Positions 10,401 through 20,524 of a DNA stretch of 64,000 nt are shown here, one piece after another. The DNA comes from an uncultured bacterium (GTDB taxonomy: Bacteria > Oederibacteriota > PGYV01 > CAWJRG01). Position 1 is the first letter of the stretch; every line of letters begins with the position of its first letter. The notes below the pieces were generated by a model. That model saw only the letters and a program-made list of their open reading frames with translations. It was not told where the DNA came from and did no database searches. A program made the position numbers and the translations under genes. The stretch is taken from NCBI GenBank assembly GCA_963845185.1, contig CAWJRG010000005.1, forward strand, positions 448,001 through 512,000, in the 5' to 3' direction.

Positions 10401-11084
10401 TGTCTCTGTAATGCCTTTGTTCGCCTGGTCAAACCGGTTTTTCTCATGCTCTATCATGTCAAAAGCGCGCACTACCCTGATGCCGGTTAGCTTTTCCCTT
10501 ATTACCATGTTCATGCGGTCAAGCTTTGACTGCATCAGCTTAAAGAGCGGCATTGCTACGCGCAAAATATATATTATCAGCGAAGCAAGTACAGGCACTG
10601 CCACGGCAAAAACCAGCGAGAGTTTCAGGTCGCGCGTTACCGCCATAACTATGCCGCCTATGGCCATTATCGGCGCCCTGACAAAAATGCTCATCATCAT
10701 AACTACGGTCTGCTGCACCTGGTTTACGTCGTTTGTGGTCCTCGTGATAAGCGAGGCCGAGCCTATCCTGTCAAACTCATGGAATGAAAAGCTCTCAACC
10801 TTTGAGAATATCCTGCTGCGTACTATCCTGCTGAAGCCCAGCGCCACACGTGATGAATTAAAGCTAGCGGTAAAAGCGCAGCATACTCCGCCGAGTGCTA
10901 CAAGAAGCATTATTGCGCCTTTCCTTATAATATATGCTATATCCGCATTAACCACGCCCTTGTTCACTATGTCCGCCATAAGCGTCGGCAAATACAGGTC
11001 TGCCATTGCCGATCCAAATAGCAGCACGAGTACAATCGCAATTCTGGGTATGTGTGGCTTTAAAAACCTGAAAAGCTTAAGCAT
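7428..11084 (-). CDS. Heterodimeric ABC exporter pair (two TMD-NBD half transporters) appearing fused by a +1 insertion at 9378-9384
   Basis: Two TMD+NBD units (GGTGSGKT/LSGGQKQ/FDD degenerate site; GPTGAGKT/ISTGEKQ/LDE). Removing one base gives SQISEEELA-TGA overlapping the ATG of gene 2 at 9362. Confidence 0.88.
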   Translation of the reverse strand: MLKLFRFLKPHIPRIAIVLVLLFGSAMADLYLPTLMADIVNKGVVNADIAYIIRKGAIMLLVALGGVCCAFTASFNSSRVALGFSRIVRSRIFSKVESFSFHEFDRIGSASLITRTTNDVNQVQQTVVMMMSIFVRAPIMAIGGIVMAVTRDLKLSLVFAVAVPVLASLIIYILRVAMPLFKLMQSKLDRMNMVIREKLTGIRVVRAFDMIEHEKNRFDQANKGITETALKLAGLMALMMPLMQLIMNFTIIAIIWFGSLRVEAGKLHVGDIMAFIQYVTQILFALMMVSMIFIMLPRSQASAERINEVLEMEPEIKDKENPQAGVGKGRVEFKNVSFRYHGAEQPALSSVSFSAAPGEITAIIGGTGSGKTTLVSLIPRFYDVFDGSVLVDNVDVREMAQETLRAKIGFVPQKAMLFTGTAADNIRFGKAGATDTELKHAAETAQAMDFIAAMDEGFDGVIAQAGANLSGGQKQRLAIARAMVRKPEIYIFDDSFSALDFRTDAALRQALKKETGEATVFIVAQRVTTVMDADRIIVLEEGKVAGMGNHKELMTSCEVYREIVYSQNIRGGAGMSPNGNQKPQQPPAGGFKPQQGQGAFGGRGMFGAGGPRGGGHMRGIGRPVEKAKDFKGTVKRLAKYLKPFAWQMIIIGILMVLSTVIGTISPKVLGIAITKLFEGMTSGKFASGTPPDNTGLIKILFMLFCLNLTAAVFIYISQRSFSVIAQRIVYALRRDIDDKLSRLPLKYFDSRPHGEIMSRTTNDVDNINNTLQQGLPQLLSAVIGIAGALIMMIVISPMLTIITIITLPLSFLATVLIARTSQKFYIAQQKALGELNSHVEEMLTGHGVVKAFGYEKKSIERFEDVNSRLYNAGWKAQFISGFIFPLMNFISNLGYVAVCVAGCIFVARKKLDIGDVQAFILYIRMFTQPVAQAAAMINMLQSAVASGERIFEVLEDAQEESTDANGAEACDECGNVSFENVSFGYSEDRKLFENLSIGAKPGQTVAIVGPTGAGKTTLVNLLMRFYDVWGGKIKVDGRDIREYKRGFLRRRFGMVLQDTWLFKGTMKENIAYGRPGATDEEITAAAKAAHADHFIRALPEGYGTVLNEDASNISTGEKQLITIARALLADPEILILDEATSSVDTRTEILIQKAMKTLMKGRTSFVIAHRLSTIRDAELILVMNNGKIVETGNHKSLIDDKGFYFDLYRAQFTGAVAE

Positions 11085-11201
11085 CCTTGTTTTACTCCTG
11101 GTGTTTATTCAGCTAAATTATGAGCCAGTATTATAGTACAACTGCTTTCATAATTAAATACTTTTTGTGATTTTCTAATGGCTGTTATATAAGATTGTTT
11201 G

Positions 11202-11753
11202 TTATTTCTTCTTTTTCAGCAATATGGCCCTGCTGCCGAAAATTTTGCGTACCTCGGCAACTTCAAACCCGGCTTCTTTTGCATTTCCTATGCTTCCGTT
11301 AAATTCTTCTTCATCGACCCACTTTGCCGGTTCGGCCAGCAGTATTTTTCCCTCAGGTTTCATTAATCCTGACATTTCTTTAAAAAAAGCCAAACCATCG
11401 GGTATTTCATGCACAATATAAAAACAAAGCGCGAAATCAAGTTTGTCTGATATATTTATTTTGTCTTTTTCGGTCTTAACATAAAAAATATTTCTTATTT
11501 TTTGTCTTTCTGCTTTCTTCCTTACCTTTCCAAGCATTTCATCCTGTAAGTCGCAGGCTATTACCCTGCCTTTTTCGCCTGCCATGCGCGCCATGGTTAT
11601 TGTAAAAAATCCCGGTCCGCAGCCTATGTCAGCCGCTGTGTCTCCGGGGTTGATAAGCCCCTGCAGGATTTTTTCCGGATTCTGGCCGATTTTTCTTATC
11701 CAGTTGTCAAGTATCCATGAGCGCCATGCCGGAAAAACATGATGATGCGGCAT
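11202..11753 (-). CDS. Class I SAM-dependent methyltransferase
   Basis: ADIGCGPGFFT motif I, ACDLQ. Confidence 0.88.
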   Translation of the reverse strand: MPHHHVFPAWRSWILDNWIRKIGQNPEKILQGLINPGDTAADIGCGPGFFTITMARMAGEKGRVIACDLQDEMLGKVRKKAERQKIRNIFYVKTEKDKINISDKLDFALCFYIVHEIPDGLAFFKEMSGLMKPEGKILLAEPAKWVDEEEFNGSIGNAKEAGFEVAEVRKIFGSRAILLKKKK

Positions 11754-11756
11754 TTT

Positions 11757-12332
11757 TTAACCTCTTCCTATCTTGGCTGCCATACTTTTTACTTTCTCAA
11801 TTATATCCGGTCTGTCCGCTGCCGTGCCATCGGGCGGCAGGCCTGCCGAAACAATCGGGTATACTTCATCAAAGCCGAACCTTTTGAACATCCTGTCGTA
11901 TTTTTGCGGGAGCGCGGCAAATGTACTTTCATCGGGATTTCCCTGTGTAATTATAAAAACCAGCTTCTTACCCGGTGTCAGCCTGCCCGGTTTCGGGTTT
12001 GTTCTGTAATCTTTTGTAAGAAACGAATAGCACCTGTCCGTAAAGCTCTTTGCCTGTCCGGTAATTTCCTGGAAATATACCGGCGATGATAAGATTACTA
12101 TATCAGACATCCGTACGTCTTCCAGCACGTCGGTCAGCCCGTCCTCGACCGTGCATTTGTCTGCCTCGTTTTTGCACTTCATGCATCCCTGACAGCCGCG
12201 GAAAAATATCTTGTTCAGCTCGTATGTCTTAACCTGCGCGCCCTTGCCTGCAATATTTTCCACCAGCAGCGCTGCAATTGCAGCGCTGTTCCCCTTGCTG
12301 CGCGGGCTTCCTATAATGTTTACAATTTTCAT
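11757..12332 (-). CDS. Flavodoxin-fold iron-sulfur flavoprotein / NADPH-dependent FMN reductase
   Basis: GSPRSKGNS, CQGCMKC...C, SSPVYF. Confidence 0.88.
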   Translation of the reverse strand: MKIVNIIGSPRSKGNSAAIAALLVENIAGKGAQVKTYELNKIFFRGCQGCMKCKNEADKCTVEDGLTDVLEDVRMSDIVILSSPVYFQEITGQAKSFTDRCYSFLTKDYRTNPKPGRLTPGKKLVFIITQGNPDESTFAALPQKYDRMFKRFGFDEVYPIVSAGLPPDGTAADRPDIIEKVKSMAAKIGRG

Positions 12333-12351
12333 AATGTGCTCCTTTATATAA

Positions 12352-12379
12352 GTAGAGACACGCCATGGCGTGTCTCTAC
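12352..12379. repeat. GTAG-type REP-like palindrome
   Basis: GTAGAGACACGCCATGGCGTGTCTCTAC, perfect 28-bp palindrome, intergenic. Confidence 0.8.
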
Positions 12380-12405
12380 TTTAAATTCTTAATTTTTCCT
12401 TTGTG

Positions 12406-12843
12406 TTACCTTTCCTTGTTCTCTTCCTGCTTTGTCCTGTTTAGGTAAGCCTCAAACGATGCCTTGCCTTCTGTTTTCCAGTATTCATCGTAATATCTCC
12501 AGTTGCTGTAATCTCCGTTCGGAGCCCAGTCGTCAGCGAACCTGTGCTTATGCCTCCAGTGTTTCCAGTGTTTGTCGTGGCCCCTGCCGTGGTGTCCTTG
12601 CCCGTGGCTGCCTCCGAAAAATATTTTCGCCAGCACTATCAAGCCAAACGCCTGCCAGTAGGTGATTGCCTTCAGGCCAAAAATAGATGGCATCAGCCAG
12701 TTCCAGAGCCACATTACGACATAGCCGAAAACAAATGCCAGCAATACCGCTATTGCTATGCCGCCTATGGCCATGCCTACGATTTTAAGAACCCTAAAAA
12801 TTCCATACATGTGATATTCTTCATGCGAATCATGCTCGTTCAT
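12406..12843 (-). CDS. Small membrane protein co-encoded with the ECF sigma factor
   Basis: Two TM segments, VMWLWNWLMPSIFGLKAITYWQAFGL, His-rich tail; overlaps the sigma stop codon. Confidence 0.75.
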   Translation of the reverse strand: MNEHDSHEEYHMYGIFRVLKIVGMAIGGIAIAVLLAFVFGYVVMWLWNWLMPSIFGLKAITYWQAFGLIVLAKIFFGGSHGQGHHGRGHDKHWKHWRHKHRFADDWAPNGDYSNWRYYDEYWKTEGKASFEAYLNRTKQEENKER

Positions 12844-13403
12844 ATTTCAACACCTCCTTCAATTAAAATTTTTTTTATCTTCTCAAGCGCGCGCGCCTTT
12901 TTGGAAAGCAAAGTGCCTATCGGCACTTTCCATTCTTCAGATAATTCCTTAAATGATATATCCTCAAGCTCAGTGGCAACCACAATTGCTTTTTCATCAT
13001 CGTTTAATTTATCAATGGCTTCATAGACAGCGTCATAAATCTCGTCGTCTTCAATTTCATCATCAGCTGCAATGCCGTTTCTTATGGCGTTTACGAGCGA
13101 AAACTCCTCCTGTTCGTTAATCTCATCCAGGGATATATGCGGCCTCCTCGCCCTCATAAAATCAATTATCCTGTTCCTGAGCGCCGTATATATGTAGGCC
13201 GATAGCTTCTCGAGCGGCACGTTGATGTCCGCCAGCTCGAACATCCTGAGCATGACGTCCTGCACTATGTCCTCTGCGTCTCGGTGCGCCTCGTCGCTCA
13301 ACCTTTTCCTTATAAAAAATACCATTTTGTTGTATTCTTTTGCGAAAAATTCCGCTATGTTTGAGAACCCTGCTTTTTTTATTTCCTGCCCTGCCTGCTC
13401 CAT
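12840..13403 (-). CDS. ECF RNA polymerase sigma factor
   Basis: DAEDIVQDV, YTALRNRIID (region 2); ISFKELSEEWKVPIGTLLS (region 4). Confidence 0.9.
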   Translation of the reverse strand: MEQAGQEIKKAGFSNIAEFFAKEYNKMVFFIRKRLSDEAHRDAEDIVQDVMLRMFELADINVPLEKLSAYIYTALRNRIIDFMRARRPHISLDEINEQEEFSLVNAIRNGIAADDEIEDDEIYDAVYEAIDKLNDDEKAIVVATELEDISFKELSEEWKVPIGTLLSKKARALEKIKKILIEGGVEI

Positions 13404-13472
13404 TTTATGACAGCTCTCCTTTTGGAAATCAGTCTTTGCTTTTCCCTGTCTCTTTATTCATATCCAACAATA

Positions 13473-13500
13473 TAGACGTATGTAATTTTTTTTTATTGCA
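13473..13500 (-). promoter_or_regulatory. Candidate ECF sigma autoregulatory promoter
   Basis: TGCAAT-N16-CGTCTA upstream of the ECF gene; CGT-type -10 elements are typical of ECF promoters. Confidence 0.45.
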
Positions 13501-13537
13501 ATAATATTGCTGTCTATACGGTTATTTAATGTAAATT

Positions 13538-15808
13538 TTAAAACTCCGCTTCCAGCCCGAAATATCCCATCAGCGGCAGGTTCCTGATTTGTTCAGGTGC
13601 TCCGTTGTTATTCGTGGGATAAACCAGTCCGGCAGGGTTTGCCCTGTCCAGCAGGTTCAGTATCTCAAAATAAACGTTCAGTTTCCATCCCTCAAAAAGA
13701 AACGCGTAATCTGTGCGCAAATCTATCTGCAGGTAATCCTCCAGCCGCTGGTTTCCCGTACTAGTGTTTGAAAATTGCGGGTACCATGCCCCGCTCGGGT
13801 CCTGGTACAATCCGTTTAAGCTTTGCACGAGCGGTCCTGAATTGTAGCGTATTTTTATGCCTGTGCTCCACACCGGTGTTATGCTGTAACTCGCCACTAC
13901 ATCCAGGATATTCGGCTGGTCGTATTGGTATAAAACCCATTTCCCTGTCGCGGGGTCCAGCCTTTCGGATTTTGAAAGGGCGTATGATACCCATCCGAAA
14001 AACCGCTCCCCGATCCTTTCCTGCAAAAACACCTCTATTCCCTTTGCCATGCCCGGGCCTTCCCCGTTTATTACTCCGTAAGTGTTCACGCTGTATATCA
14101 TGTTTGTGTATATTTTATAATACGCGTCAATCCTGGCGCTTAACTCAACGGAAAAATCTTTTTTAATCCCCAGCACCATGTGCTCCGCCGTCTCCGGCTT
14201 GAGCCCGGGATTGCCAACCTGCGCGTTTGTCTGCACTTCATTCGGGAACTGGCTGTAATACCCCCATACAGCGTCCAGCAATGTTTGCCCGTCGTAATTC
14301 CATTCAAGCTTTACCCGCGGCAATAATGTGTCGTCAGTGATATTGCCGTACCTGTCATACCTGCAGCCTGCAGTAATTGCCAGTGCCTGGTTCAGCTCTA
14401 TTTTGTCCTGTAAATACGCCCCGCGGTTCGAAGAAACCGAGTCAATAATCACGTTAATAAGGCCTGACGGCACCCCGTTTTGTAAATTCCGGAAAAGGCT
14501 GGCGTCCGCGTCTATATTCAAAATTTCAAAATCCCCGCCGAAACCCATGGTATTTTTCACGCCCATTATTTCCCCTGCGTTTAATTCCGCCTCTTCCTTT
14601 ATTCCGTAGTGATTTACCGCTATGCTGTAGCCGTAATTTGTTCCTATCCCTGTATTTACCCATGTACGGTAATAATACGGCGTAAGCACAGAGGCAAGAT
14701 AAGGCAGGGAATTATTTTTCCATGTGACCCCTGATGTAAAAGCAGAACTGTCCGACAGGTATTGACCGGTCAGGGTCGAGGAAGAAACTTCGTTTCCGTT
14801 AAGTGTTATGCCTACGGTATCCTCATATCCAAGTCCGAACGCCCTGAAGCAATTGTCCTTGTCCGGCGAAAAATCCAGGCTTGCCCCGAGGTCCCAGAAA
14901 AAAGGCGCGGCAAAAAAACCGTTCCGTTTGAATAAATTATTCAGCAAAAGGTCTATATAGCTCCGCCTACCGGCAAATGTAAACGAAGCATTGCCAAGAC
15001 CCGCCGGCCCTTCAACCATAAACTGCGAAGTTATCAGGTTTAGATCCGCGTCAGCGTGTATGCCGTCCTTTTTTCCCGGCCTTGTTTTCACGTCAAGCAC
15101 CGAGCCCATGACTCCGCCCCATTTCGAGTCAAACCCAGCCTCATTTAAATCCACGCTCTGGATAAGATCCGTGTCAACCGTGGATGCGAGCCCTGCAAAA
15201 TGAAACGGCTGCGGCCACGGTATATTGTCGAGCAGGTACAGGTTGTCCTGCGGCCCGCCGCCCTGCACCACAAGCTCTCCTGAATAATCGCCGAAAGGCG
15301 CCGCGACTCCCGGAAGGTCATGCACCGCCCGCACGGCGTCGCCTGCCGTACCCGGGACTTTTTTCAGTTCCTCCTGCGTCAATGTCGACGATATTGCCTG
15401 TGATTCTCCCTTCTTCCCTTTGACTATTATGACATCCGAGGTGAAATCGATTTTTTCAAGGTAAACGTCGAGCTTTATGTCATGCCCTGGCTCAGCTACA
15501 ACTGTTTTTGTCTTTGAAGCATAGCCATGCGCTGAAAATTGCAGGGTATGGTTCCCGGGCCCAAGGCTTATATTATAAAATCCGTCCGCATCGCCTGCGC
15601 CCGCAAGTGTGGCATCCGGAATTTTCACTGCCGCGCCTTCTATGGCGTCCTGCGAGCCGAGCCGCATGATTTTTCCGTAAACCGCAACTGTATTTTTTAT
15701 GTTGTCTTCGGCCGTAATCGAAACAGGCACGGCAGCCGCGGTTGCCGATGCTGACAACAAAACCGGCATAAAAAATAATATAAAAGCTTTTTTTAACCCC
15801 CCTGTCAT
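13538..15808 (-). CDS. TonB-dependent receptor with N-terminal carboxypeptidase-regulatory-like domain
   Basis: Signal peptide, plug LPGV..GGGPQDNLYLLDNIP, NPGLKPE, C-terminal EAEF. Confidence 0.9.
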   Translation of the reverse strand: MTGGLKKAFILFFMPVLLSASATAAAVPVSITAEDNIKNTVAVYGKIMRLGSQDAIEGAAVKIPDATLAGAGDADGFYNISLGPGNHTLQFSAHGYASKTKTVVAEPGHDIKLDVYLEKIDFTSDVIIVKGKKGESQAISSTLTQEELKKVPGTAGDAVRAVHDLPGVAAPFGDYSGELVVQGGGPQDNLYLLDNIPWPQPFHFAGLASTVDTDLIQSVDLNEAGFDSKWGGVMGSVLDVKTRPGKKDGIHADADLNLITSQFMVEGPAGLGNASFTFAGRRSYIDLLLNNLFKRNGFFAAPFFWDLGASLDFSPDKDNCFRAFGLGYEDTVGITLNGNEVSSSTLTGQYLSDSSAFTSGVTWKNNSLPYLASVLTPYYYRTWVNTGIGTNYGYSIAVNHYGIKEEAELNAGEIMGVKNTMGFGGDFEILNIDADASLFRNLQNGVPSGLINVIIDSVSSNRGAYLQDKIELNQALAITAGCRYDRYGNITDDTLLPRVKLEWNYDGQTLLDAVWGYYSQFPNEVQTNAQVGNPGLKPETAEHMVLGIKKDFSVELSARIDAYYKIYTNMIYSVNTYGVINGEGPGMAKGIEVFLQERIGERFFGWVSYALSKSERLDPATGKWVLYQYDQPNILDVVASYSITPVWSTGIKIRYNSGPLVQSLNGLYQDPSGAWYPQFSNTSTGNQRLEDYLQIDLRTDYAFLFEGWKLNVYFEILNLLDRANPAGLVYPTNNNGAPEQIRNLPLMGYFGLEAEF

Positions 15809-15871
15809 GCAATGTCTCCCTGGTAATGATTTATTTTATATGGCATTTTTGCAAGTCTGGTTTTTCCGTTT

Positions 15872-18205
15872 TTAAAATTCCGCGCCCATGCCTATATACG
15901 GTATTCTCGGCAGGTTGTCTATAGTCCTTGTTTCGGTATAATCGTCATTATAGCCGATACTTTGCGGGTTGGGGCTGTTGAAAAAATTAATTATTTCCAG
16001 GTAAACGTAAAGGTTCCATCCCTCGAACTTAAAGGTATAATCCGTGCGCAAATCAAGCCTCATGTAATCCGCAAGCCTCTCGTTGTAAGTGGATGAAAAA
16101 ATGCCGTGCCAGTTGCCGCTGCTGTCCTGGTATTTGCCCAGCAGGCTTTCAAAAAGCGGGCCTGTGTTGTAGTGAAGCTTGGCTCCGATGCCCCACGCGG
16201 GCGTGAACTTGTAGCTTGCCACGAGCGACAGTATATTTGTCTGGTCGTACTGATAAAGCGACCACACGCCCGTAAAAGGGTCCAGGCGGTCCGACTTTGA
16301 AAGCGCGTAGGAAATCCAGCCAAAAAACCGCTCGCCATAATCAGCCTGCAGGAAAAATTCCACTCCTCTTGCTATGCCGAACCCGTTGTTGTTATATGTG
16401 GCTGTATTAGCTGAATATCCGTTTTTTGATATTGTTATGGAACCATGGCTTTCTAATATCAGGTCGGTGTATGTCTTGTAATAAGCGTCCACCCTGCCTG
16501 TAATTTGGCTTGATAATTTTTTCTCCACACTTGCCGCAAAGTGCTCTGCCACCTCCGGCTCAAGGCCCGGGTCTCCGAATTCCTTATTCAGTTCAAAACC
16601 TTCAGGAAACTGGCTGTAGTATCCCCATGCAGCCCTGCATATTGTGCTTTCGTCATACTGCCACTGGATTTGTAAGCGCGGGGTTACTGTGTCACGGCCC
16701 ACTTGGTCGTTCTTGTCGTACCTCGCTCCCGGTGTAAAAATAATAGAATTCCCAATCTTTATCCTGTCCTCCAGGAACACAGCCCGGTCCAGGCTGTTTG
16801 TGTTGATTGTTGTGCCCTCAAAGTCGCTGAACCCGGTGCTTTGTGAATAATTTTCAAAAAAATCAAGTATGGCGCTTTCATTGATAACCTGGGCCTGTCC
16901 GCCGACAACAATCTCGTGTTGCAAGCAGAGCAGCTCTCCGGCCTTCCAAGACAGTTCTTCCTTTATTCCGTAAACATTTGTTAATGTATTTATACCCATG
17001 CTGCCGTCACTGAAATTATCGTGTATTCCGGTTTGATAGAAGTACGGCGTCAGGGTCGAAACAATGCCCTGAATCGACGTGTTTACCCAGTTTATGCCTG
17101 TCGTAAATGCGCCGTTATCCATGTTAAAACTTCCTGTAAGCCCTGCTGTATCCGTTATGCTCTGCGGTATCTTGAGTAGCAATCTGTCGTCGTCGCCGAG
17201 AGCCATGACATGAAAATGGTTTGCCGGGCCAAGCGAAAAATCAACAGTTCCCGACAGGTCCCAGAAATAAGGTATCAGGACAATGCCGTCAAAGCTCATC
17301 CTTGAAAGGAAAATATCCAGATAGCTGCGCCTGCCCGCAATGGTAAAAGACGCGTCTCCCAGCCCGAGCGGCCCCTCAAGCAGCAACTGCGAGTCCAGCA
17401 TGCTGATGTCTGCCTCGCCGCTTAAACGCGTTTTATTGCCCGGCCGTGTGTGGGCGTCAAGCACAGCGCCCATGCAGTCACCCCAGCGCGTGTCAAACCC
17501 GGCTTCATTTAAATCAACCGATGAAAGTATGTCTGTGTTTATGGTGGACAATATCCCTCCAAAATGAAAAGGAAAAGGCCACGGTATGTTGTCGAGCAGA
17601 TAAAGGTTGTCATCCGGCCCGCCGCCCTGCACCGATATCTGGCTGGAAAAGTCGCTCAGCGCTGCAATTCCCGGCATGCTCTGCATGGCGCGCAGTGCGT
17701 CGCCTGCCGTGCCCGGGACCTTTTTTATCTCGTCGCTGCTTATGCTTGATGATATTGTCTCAGGTTCTTCCTTTTTGGCGTTTACCACAATAGCATCTGA
17801 AGTAAAATCCACGCGCTCAAGGTAAATATTCAATACAATGTCCTGCCCCGGTTCAACTTCAACAAGCCTGCTTTTGTCGGCGTAGCCGTCTGCCTTGAAG
17901 TCGATATAAACCTTCCCGGCCGCAATACTTTTTAGAATATAATTGCCTTTGCTGTCTGACTCCGCTGTTATTGTCGTGTAAATTATGCCAGCAATTGCAC
18001 CTTCCACAGGGTCTGATGTGCCCAGTTCCATTATCCTGCCGCGCACCTGGCCTGTAGGCGTGACATCAGCCACTGCTGTATTCGTAACCCCGGCAGTTGC
18101 AGCATCACTGGCTATCCCCGTGACCGCTGCTGGCGCATCGGCGGCTTTGGCAGGCAAAACAAGCGCTAATAAACATGTTGAAATAAATAATACCCGTTTA
18201 AACAA
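15872..18205 (-). CDS. TonB-dependent receptor, paralog of the neighbouring gene
   Basis: Same architecture: KKVPGTAGDA, GGGPDDNLYLLDNIPWP, C-terminal GAEF. Confidence 0.9.
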   Translation of the reverse strand: MFKRVLFISTCLLALVLPAKAADAPAAVTGIASDAATAGVTNTAVADVTPTGQVRGRIMELGTSDPVEGAIAGIIYTTITAESDSKGNYILKSIAAGKVYIDFKADGYADKSRLVEVEPGQDIVLNIYLERVDFTSDAIVVNAKKEEPETISSSISSDEIKKVPGTAGDALRAMQSMPGIAALSDFSSQISVQGGGPDDNLYLLDNIPWPFPFHFGGILSTINTDILSSVDLNEAGFDTRWGDCMGAVLDAHTRPGNKTRLSGEADISMLDSQLLLEGPLGLGDASFTIAGRRSYLDIFLSRMSFDGIVLIPYFWDLSGTVDFSLGPANHFHVMALGDDDRLLLKIPQSITDTAGLTGSFNMDNGAFTTGINWVNTSIQGIVSTLTPYFYQTGIHDNFSDGSMGINTLTNVYGIKEELSWKAGELLCLQHEIVVGGQAQVINESAILDFFENYSQSTGFSDFEGTTINTNSLDRAVFLEDRIKIGNSIIFTPGARYDKNDQVGRDTVTPRLQIQWQYDESTICRAAWGYYSQFPEGFELNKEFGDPGLEPEVAEHFAASVEKKLSSQITGRVDAYYKTYTDLILESHGSITISKNGYSANTATYNNNGFGIARGVEFFLQADYGERFFGWISYALSKSDRLDPFTGVWSLYQYDQTNILSLVASYKFTPAWGIGAKLHYNTGPLFESLLGKYQDSSGNWHGIFSSTYNERLADYMRLDLRTDYTFKFEGWNLYVYLEIINFFNSPNPQSIGYNDDYTETRTIDNLPRIPYIGMGAEF

Positions 18206-19714
18206 TTGTATATTCTCCTTTTCTAATTAAATCGATTATTACATGAATGTTACTTTTTGTCCTCATTTTTTATCTTTCCCACTTGCTGAATATGATTGTA
18301 TAAATTAACTAATTGTGGATCATTACCTACGGTTTGCATTCCTTCTTTCAAGGTATTTAATGCTTTGTCTGATTGCCCTAATTTATAATATGTATAGGCG
18401 ATATATACGTAAATTCCTGCGTTTTTATCCATTTCCTTTGATTTCTCGAAATATTTTAAAGCTTCCGTTAAATTATTGTTTTGAAAATAATACGCGCCGA
18501 TATTTTTACTTATAATAGCAGTACTATAATTTTTCTTCATTAAAAATTCATATATGTCCATTGCTCTTTCGTAATTACCTTTTGTCATCATGCTTGTCGC
18601 TTCATTAAATATCGCTTCATATTGCTTATTTAAATCAATTTCCCCTATTTTATCAATATATGTCTGAAATAATGCCGTGTTATTGTCTCCGTATTGTAAT
18701 GCCTTTTCAAACATTTCCTTTGCCATCGGTAAAATTCCATCCCTAAAATAAACCATGCCTAGAGTATCATAAGCTTGCCAAAAATTTTCCTTTTTCCCTA
18801 TAGCTTTTCTTAAATATTTTATTTGGTTATCCGTATCATTCAAATCTTTATAAGCAACCGATATATTGTAGTAAAAAATCGGTTCATTTTCTTTCATTAC
18901 ATCTTTAAAAAGAAAAAACATGGCTTTTTTATAAAGTTGCAACGCTCCGATTGGATTTCCTTCTGATAAGAGGTCATTGCCCTGTTGTATCATGCAAAAG
19001 GGATACCACATAACGAGTCCCGAATTTCTTGCACTGTAATCTATATATTTATCATATAATCCGTGATTATAGGAATAAGACTCAAATATTCTAGACGATA
19101 ACGGGGTGCTGTTTTTTAAGTACTTTTTTAACAATCCTATTTGTTTGAAATTATAACCTAACTTTAATTTATCTACGTCAGGCGACAAGGTACTTTCAAA
19201 TATATCAATATTATTTTTTGAATAGTAGGTAATAATGTTATTTAAATTTTGTGTCGGGTTATTTACTTCTAACGAAATACTTGAATATTTTTTAATAAAA
19301 TTATCTAATTCCCATTTAAAAGGTAAATACATAACGTTTACAAGTTTTATGTCCTGTCTTTGTTTTTCGATTGTCTGAATATAAGGTAAAATATCATAAT
19401 CACCCTCACAAAGATATAAACTATCCTTATTTATAGTTTTTAAAATATTGTTGCCATAATCGTACGCTTGATAATCGTATCTGCTGTTGTTTTTATTTAA
19501 ATTGTTATATCCCATAAATAAAATCAATAAAAATATTACGGTTAAAAAAATATATCTGAAGCCCTTTTGCTTAAAAAATTCTAAAATTAAATACATTCCT
19601 GTGATAATAAATAACATTAAAATATACTGAACAGGCATAAGGAAAATATCAATAATCCACATTTCATTTTCAAGGCTGCGATTTGGAATGAACCCCTTCG
19701 TTTGGACACTCGGA

Positions 19715-20524
19715 TTAGAACAAACCGGCCTGTTCCTGTAGTTTAGTTTCAAATTCTACCGGTGGAACGTAGCCTATTGCCGAATGCAATCTTTTTTGAT
19801 TATACACCTCCTCTATAAAAAATGGAATCCTTTTCAAGACGTCATCGATAGTTTTATAATCCCACATATAAACTTCTTCACATTTAATTGTTTTCATAAA
19901 ACTCTCGGCTCCGGCGTTGTCGTACGGGTTGCCTTTGCGCGACATGCTGATAGTAAATTCGTGTTCCTTCAAGATGCCAACGTAATCGTTGCAGGCATAC
20001 TGCACGCCGCGGTCTGAATGATGGACTACGCCTGTTCCGGGCTTACGTCTCTCTATGGCCATTTTAAGCGCTCCTATAGCAAGGTCGGCATCAAGATACA
20101 GCGAAATATTGTAGCCTATGACCTTTCTTGAAAAAGCGTCCAGTATCACCGCTAAATACACGAAGCCAAGCAAAATTCTGATGTATGTTATGTCTGAACG
20201 CCAGAGCTGGTTTAACGTTGTCAGGATCATGTCCTTCGCTATATTCGGGTAAATCCTGAACGGGTGATTGGAGTCTGTGGTTTTTACCCACTTGCGTTTG
20301 TACACCACCAAAAGCGAGCTTTCACGCATGATTCTTTGTACTCTTTTGTGGTTTACAATCACACCTTCACGGTGAAGCTGTTTTGTAACCCGCCTATATC
20401 CATATCCTGCAAACTCAAGAACTATCCGTTCAATTTTATCTCTTAAATCACAGTCCACCTTTAATTTTTTCTGGTTTTTTTCTTTGGGTTTGTAGTAATA
20501 ACTGCTTCGGCTCAACCCAGTCAT
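19715..20524 (-). CDS. IS3 transposase OrfB (DDE/integrase core)
   Basis: YGYRRV, W.SDITYI, HHSDRGVQY, SRKGNPYDNA.AESF; the frame stays open upstream to the A7G slippery site. Confidence 0.93.
   Translation of the reverse strand: MTGLSRSSYYYKPKEKNQKKLKVDCDLRDKIERIVLEFAGYGYRRVTKQLHREGVIVNHKRVQRIMRESSLLVVYKRKWVKTTDSNHPFRIYPNIAKDMILTTLNQLWRSDITYIRILLGFVYLAVILDAFSRKVIGYNISLYLDADLAIGALKMAIERRKPGTGVVHHSDRGVQYACNDYVGILKEHEFTISMSRKGNPYDNAGAESFMKTIKCEEVYMWDYKTIDDVLKRIPFFIEEVYNQKRLHSAIGYVPPVEFETKLQEQAGLF

Noticed and set aside
8980..11136. Long plus-strand ORFs (320 aa, 389 aa) and similar ones at 34802 and 40664
   Set aside because: Antisense shadows of well-supported minus-strand genes, with no motifs of their own.
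19684..19752. Start of the 500-aa ORF 18250-19752 as an independent gene
   Set aside because: Its first residues come from the IS3 end; the rest is the C-terminal half of the interrupted DUF2723 gene.
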